Positions 1-10,629 of a stretch of 64,000 nucleotides of DNA are shown one piece after another. Position 1 is the first letter of the stretch, and each line of letters opens with the position of its first letter. The stretch is from Bugula neritina (taxonomy: Eukaryota > Animalia > Bryozoa), in assembly GCA_964035545.1 (NCBI GenBank), contig OZ037765.1, forward strand, positions 14,518,698 through 14,582,697, written 5' to 3'. The position numbers were made by a program, and so were the translations under genes. The notes under the pieces are model-generated. The model ran no database searches. It worked only from the letters and a program-made list of their open reading frames with translations, and was not told where the DNA came from.

Positions 1-1562
1 AGCAGAAGTAAAAATATCTAGCATGTCTAAAAGAAATACTTTGCTAAACTTGAGAAGCTCTCCGCATAATGGTAATTAACACAGCTCTATACTTATAGAA
101 TCTAGTCAAATTTCAATACATTGTAATTATATATTACCATATACTTCGAAACACAGCAGGAGCTTCATTTTAAAAGTTAACACACTTGTTTATGCATACA
201 GCTGTAAAGCCTATTAGTAGTAGCTTTCAATGTTTTCTGTATATTTTATATTTATGTTTTGTAGTGTACATACATTGCTCCTAACTCGCTTCAATATAAT
301 ATACAGTGTGAACAATACCACGTTTTGATTGTGCCAGAACAGGGCTATTAAAAAGTGGTAAAATCCGTGTAGGTCAGGACTATATGAAAATCACCAACTG
401 CAAAATTGTTTTGTGTGCATGTCATATTTTTATGGCGCTTTTGCTTTCACCTTATAAACATATACATGCACAACACTTGGTCATGCAAATTATTTAAAAT
501 TTTAAATGTACATCATGCATATTCTGGAGGTAGATGAAGTAATGGAGAAATTGAGAAAAGCCTGTGTTCTAAATTGAAAATGTAACAGAGGATATTATGT
601 TCTCGCACAAAGTTCAACTTGTTCCCCAAACTTAATAATGAAGTTAAAGAGCTTGGGCTATCTCAATATTCTGAGCATATAACATATTTTAACTTTGAAC
701 TGTGGCCATGGATTTATTTGCAATGCCCTTGGCTAAATTTACACATTTTTCATATGCTTTAATAGAAAATATCAATTTTTTCATCTTCTGTTTTTCACTG
801 ACAAGGAAGCAAACTGTATAAAATGCTTTAGGTTTCTATAAAAAAAGTTATATTATAATTTGTTCTAGCCTTATGCCAATCGGTCATGCATATTTAGTAA
901 ATCAGCAAGTAAGAACTGGCAGATACTACTGCTTAATTGCATTATTGACTGCAGAGCATAAACGTTTCCAAACAGCTTAGCCAACAAATGTTCGTAATAA
1001 TACAATATTGTCACATAATTACAACTTTTGTAACTAGTTGTCAGACAAAAGGTTCACTTATGTTATGATGGTATAATGCTGTATGCTATGGTGCAATGGG
1101 TGTTGAAATAAAGTTTTACCAAGAGTATATTTGCAGACTTACAATTTTCAATTTTGGAGAAAGTAAATTAGCTTTTTAATAAATAAATTTCAGTTCTACC
1201 AACATAAAGTATAAAAAAGCAACACAAAAAACATAAATTGCACGACTTTAATTAAAAGCTATAATTATATACATTTTGCACTTGAACACATAAGCTGATA
1301 TTTTTGCTACATAGAGGGGAGTGATCCTATAGTGTTTGTCTTTTACCTCTTCATGATACAATTTTTGATGACAGAGACAATGTTTGCATCTTTCTAACTT
1401 TGTGGCACCTGCTCCCATTTCAGATGTCAACCACCAACTCACCATGTTTATGTCAAGTTTAGTGAAATTAGAACTGTTGCACTTTCAGTTTTTGACAACA
1501 AAACATAGCAGGCAACATAATTTTATATATTAGTCTTACACTTGAAAGTTTTGCAGTTATAT

Positions 1563-2042
1563 TGTTTTAGTTTTGTGGACTACTACAGGTGTGGTTTTTT
1601 GTGGGCTTGACTGCTAGTTCATTGTCTGACTAAGAGGTTAACTAAGAGAACTGAGGAGTGGTTACATTTAGATGAACAATTGTATTTACATTGTCTAATT
1701 ACAAAAAGCAAGGTGCATAAAGTTAAAAGAGCACATATGAGATCAAAATACAAGAGTGGTTAGTTTAGCTCTACGTCAGGAATGAGACTGCATGGGCGCC
1801 GAAAGGTACTTCTTATAAAGGGGAAGTATTATTTGATTGGCTGCTGGGTTCAGGTGGTGGGGACCGCAGCGGCTGGTGCGGCATCCTGCGTCATCACCGC
1901 AGAAGTGCGACATTATGAAATGCTAGCTTTAGCGTAGTGAATAGAGTTTACATACCTTGGACCATAATACAGTTATGCTCTCTATACAAGTGTCTGTATA
2001 CCTAATGGTTGGAAAGCAACACTCGCTCCCACGGCCATTACA
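1563..2042 (-). mobile_element. Solo LTR (Gypsy-type, 480 bp)
   Basis: TG...CA ends with ATAT on both sides (1559-1562, 2043-2046); on the minus strand it starts TGTAATGG like the Gypsy LTRs at 2802 and 60939. Confidence 0.75.
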
Positions 2043-2410
2043 ATATCACTTCTGATATGAAACATCATTATTTACAACAGTACACTCTGTCACATGTAAT
2101 TATCAGTGTCTATGAATAGATTTGCCAGTCTGTAAAATAGGTTTTTTGAACAGCATAATATAATAAATATTGCAAAGAGGATATATTTTGACACTGAAGT
2201 ATATGAAGGTAATTAGTTTATTGGAATAAATTTAATTCCTTTCACACCTTTTTGATGTTATATTTGCTGTTTGCAGATTTTACTTTTCAAACAACTATCT
2301 AAACTGCTGTGTGCCTTCAAATCTGAAAAATGACATTGGTCACTGTAGAATATCAAGTATGGAGAGCATACAGCTAGCTGTGTAGAACCATTGACTTCAT
2401 TAAAACCAAA

Positions 2411-2801
2411 TAGTCTAGAAGTAACCTCCCAATAAGTGCTCAAAAAATTAATTTATTACATTTTGCTAGCTGGTCACTCAAAAAAATGTTGCTTTTACAT
2501 CAAAATTTTGTGCTGATTCTGAATTTTCTCTAGGATTTTATTTCTACCCAAACTCAAGTTAACGCAAAAAAATTGACACCTTGGATTGGTAATAAAAAGA
2601 AATGTAGATTGTGTGAAATAGTATTCAATTTTACCAATTGCTCTCTTGAAGAAATTTTTTTTTACTGAAATACAAAAACTTATTGCCTCTTGCCTAAATA
2701 TCTATCTTGATACTGAATTTAAAGACTGCAAGACACTACGATCTCAAATTAAAACCAAATTATTGATATAAACATATAATGTTGGTTATGAATTGACATA
2801 A
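2411..2801 (-). mobile_element. Probable terminal segment of the decayed Academ-like DNA transposon split by Gypsy-1
   Basis: Starts TAGTCTAGAAGTAACCTCCCAATAAGTG, about 16/28 identical to the TAG-initiated TIR at 19674; lies downstream of the minus-strand remnant at 10630-11960 once Gypsy-1 is removed. Inference. Confidence 0.35.
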
Positions 2802-3373
2802 TGTAATGGATTCTCATTCTCTATTGTTCTGAAATAACTGCGTGCATCAGTACTATAAATACTGTTGCGTATCATTCTTAATGCTGTAATTATAGTTAAG
2901 TAAGCTAGCTTGCTAATGCCTAAGTATGGTGATTACTGTTAAGCTTTCAGCATAATGTAATTTTACTGAAATACGCATTCTGAAGTTATGTAATATCTCT
3001 TTTACTAATGGTGCTTTTTTTTTACTAATGTTGCTTTCTTTTGTGTGTGTCCTTGGTTGCTGAGATCGGCACTTCGGTCTTCCGAAATGCCGATGTACCG
3101 AAAATCGACGTTTCGGCATTTCGGAGTCCGAAATGCCGATATTCAGCATTTCGGAACCCCGATCTCGGCAACAAAGGAATGTCTTTGTCTCGCTTGTATA
3201 TAAAAGCCAGCGAGTTCCAGTGTAGTTCAGACTACTACTGGAGCTCGCTGGTAGTAGGGCCCTAAGCTGTATCTGATACAATAAAGGTTATTTTCATTTG
3301 TACTCAAATACTTGGCTTATTCTTTCTAGAGCATGTAGGCACTAGTTGCATTCAGAACCCACAGTTCACTACA
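2802..3373 (+). repeat. 5' LTR of Gypsy-1
   Basis: Direct repeat of 9669-10240; TATATAAAA 3197-3205; AATAAA 3280-3285. Confidence 0.95.
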
Positions 3374-3374
3374 T

Positions 3375-3392
3375 TGGTGGCAGCGGTGGGAT
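3375..3392 (+). promoter_or_regulatory. Primer binding site (tRNA-Leu)
   Basis: TGGTGGCAGCGGTGGGAT just after the LTR, complementary to the tRNA-Leu(CUN) 3' end ATCCCACCGCTGCCACCA. Confidence 0.85.
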
Positions 3393-3423
3393 TTACGAAT
3401 AACTAGTTGCCGAGCGGCACACA

Positions 3424-4329
3424 ATGGCCCCAGGGGACTCAGCCCCTGAGGCAGCGGGAACACCAGCCCTCACTGTTGAGGCGTTGGTCGCAGCCCTCCA
3501 GGGATTGCGAGGGCAAAGTCAGGCATCACCTGGTGACAGGTATCGCCTCCAGCCCCCAAATTTCGGAGGAGAAGGAGACGTAGAACAGTTCATCAGGGAG
3601 TTCGAGGACGTGGCCACCATCGCTGAATGGCCAGTGCGAGTGCGCGTCCTCCAACTTCGGGCCTGTCTGACAGGCCGGGCCAAGAGCTTCGCTCTTGGGC
3701 CTGATGAAGAGCACATTATGCGGACTCTCAGAGCCCAGTTCGGCCCAACAGCCGAAGAAGCAGCTGATCGTTTGCAGAGGATGAGGAGGGACAGGAGGAC
3801 TCCTCTGGAAGACCACGCAAACGAGGTAGGGCGCCTGGCTCAGGTTGCTTTCGGTCACGCCACTGGCAATGACCGGAAGCGCCTCGTTTACAACGCTTTC
3901 TTCCGGAGCGTGAATCACCCGGACCTGCAGCGATACTGGCTGGCCGCCAAGGTCAGCAGTATAGAAGAAGCGCTGGAAATGGGGAAGGCTTACTTCCAGG
4001 TGGAAGAGCCTAGGCGACCGAGCTATATAGCCCGCCAAGTGGTCGAAGAGGATGAGGTGACCACCCGACTTCCAACCCCACAGGTAGCAGCAGCTGCAAC
4101 TAAATCACCCGAGCAGACGCAGCTCACCATGTTGATGGACATGGTGAAAGGCCTGCAGGCTACGGTGACAAAGTTGCAGAAAGACCAGGCGGATAGGCGG
4201 GCTCCCTGATTGCGGGACGACCCTGTCCGCCCATCTCTGCTAACCTGTTGGGGGTGCGGGGCGCAAGGGCACATGAGGAGGCACTGCCCTAGAGGCCAAG
4301 GACCTTTAAACACCCAAGGCTCACGGTAA
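3424..4329 (+). pseudogene. gag: Gypsy-1 gag (capsid + CCHC knuckle), premature TGA at 4207
   Basis: PPNFGGEGDVEQFIREFEDVA capsid motif; reading through 4207 gives CWGCGAQGHMRRHC, then TAA at 4327-4329. Confidence 0.9.
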
Positions 4330-4349
4330 CTTCCGCCAACCGTGGGCCT
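4305..4349 (+). promoter_or_regulatory. -1 ribosomal frameshift signal (T TTA AAC + stem-loop)
   Basis: Slippery heptamer 4305-4311 in gag phase; 11-bp stem 4317-4327/4339-4349; the -1 frame is open into the protease ORF (4476-4305 = 57 codons). Confidence 0.8.
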
Positions 4350-4420
4350 CACGCCAATCCCATCCGGGATAGAACTCAGAGAGGAGAAGAAGAGACCTCC
4401 ACAGGGTCTGCCGATACCGA

Positions 4421-4577
4421 GTGGCAGAGACCACGGAGATCTCGGAGACCGCAAGGTCTACCTGATCCTCCGGCCGTGCCACTCGAGACCCGGATGCAGC
4501 TAGAAGAAGCGGGATGGCAGGCACCTCGGAGATCTCGGAGACCGCAAGGTCTACCTGATCCTCCGGCCTGGCCACTC
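4421..4577 (+). repeat. In-frame duplication (~64-bp unit, 93-bp period) in the pre-protease spacer
   Basis: CGGAGATCTCGGAGACCGCAAGGTCTACCTGATCCTCCGGCC occurs twice. Confidence 0.9.
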
Positions 4578-7500
4578 CACAACCGGTTCGCGGGGTTACC
4601 CGAGGAGGTTGTGGAGGAGGATTCAGCTTACTCGCAAGAGTACCCCAAGCTACCCTCCCGACCTCAGAAAGCCCCCGTTGTCTCTAAGACGAAGAGGAGG
4701 CCCGCTGTGCGGACCCAAGTTGTGTCTCCCCCAGAGACCGACCGCTCCAGGAGCACCCAGCCGTATGGAAGCAGCTACTTCCTGCCCGGAAAGATTTCGG
4801 GTAAAGCTGCCACATTCCTACTGGATACTGGGTGCACTACAAACCTGCTGAGTAGGCGTCTCTTTGACACCCTTGGTGCCCGAGAGCGGGCGAGCCTCGA
4901 GCCGTATGAAGGTGCGCATGGTACGTTGGCGGACGGATCATGCATTCCTTTCTACGGCGTCATTTCACTGCCTGGACGCGTCTGTGATCAAGCAATTCAT
5001 GAGACGTTCATAGTCAGCCAGCTGAAGGAGGACGCCATACTGGGAATGCCGTTTCTGGAGAAACACCAGTGTCACATGGATTTCCAGAAATCAGTGGTGG
5101 TGATGGCTGGGAAGGAACTTGTCTGCGTTGACAAGTTTGGCAGGCCCTTGGTGGGCGGAGTCCAGGTAGTGCGGGACTGCACGGTTCCGGGGAGATCCCA
5201 GGCGACTCTCCGCTGCAGAGTCAACTGCAAGGGGATTGCCGGCCTGGGGGTGGTTGAGGGAACGCACGGAGCGATCTGACTAGCAAACAGCCTGAATTGG
5301 CTAGATTGTCGGCAGGAGCTCCTCGTGCAGTGCATCAACCCCTTCACGGAACCTGTCCGATTATCGGCCCGAGCGCTGGTGGGGAAGTACCACTCCATCC
5401 AGGAAGCGGATGTGGGTCCGGCACTGGAGACAGTGGCCGACATCCAGGGAAACCCCCCTCACACCAGACGAGGAGCAGTCCCGGAGCATATGGCTGACCT
5501 GTATGGTGGAGCGTGTGGAAACTGTACAAGTAGTACTGAACGCCAAGTACTGGCTCAACTACTTGCGTAGTACAGTGATGTCTTCAGTCGTGGCGATGGA
5601 GACATGGGGCTGACCAAGGTCATCTCCCACGAGATACCCCTGGCAGCCGGCACCACTCCTATCAGGCAGCCTACCCGGCGTCTAGGCCCGGAAAAGGAGA
5701 AGGAGGTGAGCCGACAGGTACAGGATCTTCTCGACCGGGATCTGATGAAGCCTGCCCACGGTGCGTGCAGCTCTCCAGTAGTCCTGGTCAAGAAGAAGGA
5801 TGGTAGCTGGAGATTCTGCGTGGACTACCGCAGACTCAACAGCGTTACCATCCAGGACGCCTACCCTCTCCCACGGATAGATGAGTCTCTAGATGCCCTC
5901 GCGGGTAGCAAGTACTTCAGTACTTTGGATCTGCTTAGCGGGTACTGGCAAGTACCCCTCAGTCCTGATGCCCAGGATAAGGCAGCGTTCATCACTCGCG
6001 ACGGGCTCTGGAAGTAGAAAGTACTGCCATTTGGACTAACGTCCGCCCCGGCAACTTTCCAACGGCTCATGGAGCAGGTCCTCAGTCGGTTACACTGGAA
6101 GACCCTCCTCATCTATCTGGACGACGTCATTGTCATCTCCCCAGACTTTTCGACTCATGTCAGTCGTCTGCGGGAGGTCTTTGATCGTCTCCGGGCAGCT
6201 GGACTGAAGCTGAAGCCCCCCAAGTGTACACTCCTGCAGCCGGAAGTCACGTACCTGGGCCATGTGGTGGGCCGTGATGAGGTCGCTACCGACCCGGAGA
6301 AGGTACAGGCTGTGAAGGAGTGGGCTGTCCCCCGTGACCTCCCTGAGTTGCGCGCATTCCTGGGCCTAGTAGGGTACTACCGGCAGTACATACCTGGCTT
6401 CGCAGGAGTGGCCCAGCCGTTAAATCGGCTGACCGCAAAGGGGGTCCGGTGGCAGTGGATGCAGGAGGAGCAGCAGGCATTCGACCACCTCAAGCAGCGG
6501 CTAATGGAGGCGCCAATTCTGGCGTATCCTGATCCAGCCCAGGAGTACATCCTGGACACCGACGCCAGCGACCACAGCGTGGGAGCTGTCCTGTTTCAAG
6601 TCCAGGGTGGAAGTGAGGTGGTCGTGGCTTACTACAGCAAGACTCTCGCGGCCGCCGAAAAGAACTACTGCACCACTAGGAAGGAACTCCTAGCAGTAGT
6701 CAAGGCGGTCAAGCACTTTCGGCCATATCTGTATGGGAGAATGTTCCGTTTGCGAACAGACCATGCATCACTAATATGGCTGTGTAAACGTGCGGAGCCC
6801 TCGAGCCAGGTAGCTCGTTGGCTAGAAATTCTTGCCGAGTTCTCTTACCGGATAGAGCACCGTGCTGGCCGGAAGCACGGGAACGCCGACGGCATGAGCC
6901 GCCGGCCGGTAGAGGACTGTAAGCAATGCCTACACATTGAGAAGCGGGACGGGGGACCCGTTCGCCTTGACGTGGAAACAGAGTTAGGGGAGGGCGCCGT
7001 CTATCGGTGGGAGCACGGCCATCTTCGGACCGAAACCCACTCAGACGACGTCCAGGCGCTCCACGCCAACCCCACTCTGTACCAGAATGTCAAGGAGCTG
7101 TGCCGACTCCAGGAGACGCTACCCGGCGCAGTAGCGGACATTTTCCGGGCCAAGAAAGAGGGCCGACGACCTAGCGAGGAACAGCAGCGGCAGGGAGACG
7201 TTGAGTTCCAACTCTTCTGTCGTCGCTGGGATGCCCTCAAGGTCAGTCCTGATGGCCTCCTGATGATAACGTTAGCAGCAGACAACCGTCAGCAGGAGAG
7301 GGACCGCGTCGTCTGTCCACGCGCCCTCCGACGGGAACTGATCTGGGACACCCATAAGCAGGCTCATTCTGGAGTCAGTCGGGTCATCAGGTGTCTGCGG
7401 CTGCGTTGGTATTGGCCCGGAATGACTCGGGACGTACGACTGCGGGTATGGCAATGCGAGGTCTGCTAAGCTAGCAAGCATGGCCGCCCCACGGAAACCA

Positions 7501-9043
7501 CTGGTCGACGCCGGCTATACGCTGGTCGACCGTGGCAAGTAGTGGCGGTAGACCTCGTCGGGCCTATGCCGTTATCCGCCAGAGGGAACACCTGGATACT
7601 GGTGCTCATGGACCACTTTACCCGGTGGGCAGATGCTCTGGCTATTCCAGACGCAACAGCCCCCACGGTGGCCCGGACCCTGGACCAACATGTGTTCTGT
7701 TACCTCGGTTTACCCGAGCAGATACATACGGACCAGGGTGCCCAGTTCCAGTCCCAGCTCATGGGAGACATCTGCCGGATATGGGGGGTCAACCAGAGTC
7801 GAACCACCCCATATCACCCGCAAGGGAACGGAGTCGTCGAGCGGAACAACAGGATGTTGGGTGACGCCCTCAGGAGCCTGCTCCTTGGTCGAGGTCAGGA
7901 AGAATGGGACGTGGTGCTGCCGCAAATCATGCGGGCTTACCGCAGCACACCACACTCCGCCACGCAGGAGACCCCAAACTTCCTGATGCTAGGTCGAGAG
8001 ACACGGGTTTCGGAACACCTGACATACCATGTTCCTGCCCCCGAGTCACCGGTACACGAATATGTGGAGGGTCTGATAGACATCATGGGCAAAGCTCATG
8101 ATGCACTGCGTACCCAGCAGTGGCAGACCCGCACAGAGGACTCGGAAGAGCCCCCGTTGTACCAGGTGGGAGACTGGGTCTGAATGGTGAGCTATCGTAG
8201 GCGACGCGGACAGTCGGCTAAGCTTCAGCCCGAGTTCGTTGGTCCCTACTGCGTAGTGGAGGTGCTGCCGAACCACACGTACCGTGTGGCGCGCTCTGGA
8301 CAGGTCTCAGTCCAGAGCGAGCAGCGCCTGAAGCCTTACCAGGCCAGCCCAGACGCGGTGGAACAGGCCCCACCCCTCCTGGAGCCCCACTGCCAGCCCA
8401 GCCGTCGAGGACAGGCCACCCGCCCCCGGGAGGTAGAAATTGTGGTCCCCAGGGAGGCGGAACAGGAACAGGCCGCCCTGCTGGAGCAGCTGGAGAGGCA
8501 GCAACAGTAAGAGCGGCAGCAGGAGCAGCAGCGGCAGGCCTCAGGGCCACCACCCCTTCAGGGGGAGGACACCCCCACCCGTGTTACGGGTGAAGGCGGG
8601 GACCCCCTTTCGGTGGTAGCTTAGGAGCCACTGGCACCACCAGCGCCTGTACAGCAAGAAAGGAATCAGAGGGCTAGAAGGCCCCCTAGATACCTGGCAG
8701 ACTATGCTGTAGGGCACTTGGAGTTACCCCCCCCCGTGAGGGTAGTCTGTCCAGTACGGATGACTACCCTATCTTGGTTGGAAATTCCCTCCATTACCCC
8801 GGAGAATTCCACCAAGAAGGAGAAATTTCAAACCGAATTTCGGAGGGCACGCGTTTACGCGAGTTGTCCTTCCAAAATTCCACAGAATTTCCCACGGGTC
8901 GCGTAACTCGGGCTAGCGCAGGTAGTGATTCTAAAACACGAGGTTCGGTCATTACGACCTTAGCCACCACGCTAGCAACACGCATTCCAGGAGCCAATTC
9001 CAAAGTAAATTTTAATTTTATCCTTAACACCCTCTCATCAGTC

Positions 9044-9449
9044 ATGGGATTAACACTACCAGAAGCACAATCAGAGGAGCGCATGGAGATTGAGGAGGTC
9101 AGTCGTACCGACTCCCCTCCCCCACCGGCTCCTATTCCGGCTCCTAGCAGCCAGCAGGACGCCACTCTCCCCTCGGCGGTGCGTCCCACTAGCATTAGTA
9201 GCCCTGTCTCCAAACCGGTCGAGCTCCAGCTCGCCGCCGGGGAGGAGCAGGGCATACTACACGGTGACCACCCTGCAGGTACAGATAAGAGAGGAGACTC
9301 AGCCGACCCACCCACAATTGCCCCGTCACCGGCAAAGTGTGGTACCTCCTTACTGCGAGTGTGTCCTAGATAGTGCCATCCAGGCCTGGTCCGGTACCCT
9401 TGATCGTTGTACAGAAGGGATAGAAAGCCTGGTGCACCACCTCAAATAA
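9044..9449 (+). pseudogene. Degenerate third ORF of Gypsy-1 (Pro/Ser/acidic, non-env)
   Basis: ATG 9044 preceded by TTAAC + pyrimidine tract + CAG (acceptor-like, 9011-9041); MEIEEV..PPPPAP; a second frame ends ..LDRCTEGIESLVHHLK*. Confidence 0.4.
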
Positions 9450-9668
9450 CTAAACCGGACAATTGGGAGCCGCCAGCATTAGCCACCCGGACTGTATATA
9501 TTATGGGTACTACTATTGTTTATATTATTGTGATACGTGTGATTAATCATAATACTTTCTGTTAACCGCATATTTTTCTACTTTTGTGTTTTATTTTTTT
9601 GTTTTTTTGTTTTGTGTGAAATCATTGTTCTGTTATCGAAAAGGGGATGCTTTTCGATGGGGGGAGAA

Positions 9669-10240
9669 TGTAATGGATTCTCATCCTCTATTGTTCTGAA
9701 ATAACTGCGTGCATCAGTACTATAAATACTGTTGCGTATCGTTCTTAATGCTGTAATTATAGTTAAGTAAGCTAGCTTGCTAATGCCTAAGTATGGTGAT
9801 TACTGTTAAGCTTTCAGCATAATGTAATTTTACTGAAATACGCATTCTGAAGTTATGTAATATCTCTTTTACTAATGGTGCTTTTTTTTTACTAATGTTG
9901 CTTTCTTTTGTGTGTGTTCTTGGTTGCTGAGATCGGCACTTTGGTCTTCCGAAATGCCGATGTACCGAAAATCGACGTTTCGGCATTTCGGAGTCCGAAA
10001 TGCCGATATTCAGCATTTCGGAACCCCGATCTCGGCAACAAAGGAATGTCTTTGTCTCGCTTGTATATAAAAGCCAGCGAGTTCCAGTGTAGTTCAGACT
10101 ACTACTGGAGCTCGCTGGTAGTAGGGCCCTAAGCTGTATCTGATACAATAAAGGTTATCTTCATTTGTACTCAAATACTTGGCTTATTCTTTCTAGAGCA
10201 TGTAGGCACTAGTTGCATTCAGAACCCACAGTTTACTACA
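9669..10240 (+). repeat. 3' LTR of Gypsy-1
   Basis: Preceded by the polypurine tract GGGGGGAGAA; near-identical to 2802-3373. Confidence 0.95.
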
Positions 10241-10629
10241 ATATCGCATGTGGCATAAGCATGCAGAATAATTGTATGACTAAGCTATTTATACACAAAT
10301 GAAAACAGAGTTATGCCGATGTGTGAAAAAACTACATGTATATTTATAAAATTATAGCGCAAAATAAATGTTGAAATGAATAAATATTAAAATTTTCTGA
10401 GCACAGCCCAAGTGAATCATATGCTAGTCTGTCAGTAGTTGTTAAACATCTTCACAAATCAACAAGACTATAAAATTATTTAGAGAAACAGATGCATGAG
10501 GAATGATCAAAGTCAAATTGTTTGCAGCAAAACATATAAAAATGTCTAAGAATAGTGTTTCATTATGAAAAATTATTTTCATTGTCATTGTCACTGTTGT
10601 CAATCTCATCAGCTTTTTTTCCCCCAATA

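Larger units (their letters stand above)
4305..8906 (+). pseudogene. pol: Gypsy-1 pol (PR, RT, RNase H, integrase), 7 in-frame stops, no frameshifts
   Basis: LLDTG; RFCVDYR, LPFGL, YLDD; TDAS, ELLAV, TDH; H..H..C..C, VDLVGP, TDQG, VER, VGPY. Track ORFs 4476, 5325, 5604, 6069, 7542, 8184, 8718 share one frame; stops at 5277, 5568, 6015, 7467, 8181, 8508, 8622. Confidence 0.95.
2802..10240 (+). mobile_element. Full-length Ty3/Gypsy LTR retrotransposon (Gypsy-1), nonsense-inactivated
   Basis: 572-bp LTRs 2802-3373 and 9669-10240 (TG...CA, 6 transitions counted); PBS 3375-3392; PPT 9659-9668; gag-PR-RT-RH-INT order; flanks ATAA/ATAT. Confidence 0.97.

Noticed and set aside
3081-3155. Short repeats with spacers resembling a CRISPR array
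   Set aside because: Alternating orientation, tiny irregular spacers, inside a eukaryotic LTR, no cas genes.
2913-3281. 122-aa antisense ORF present twice (also 9780-10148)
   Set aside because: Duplicated only because it lies in the LTRs; non-ATG start and no recognisable motif.
4207-4209. Programmed read-through or selenocysteine at in-frame TGA codons of the Gypsy ORFs
   Set aside because: Mixed TGA/TAG/TAA stops at Arg, Gln and Trp positions are better explained as transitions.
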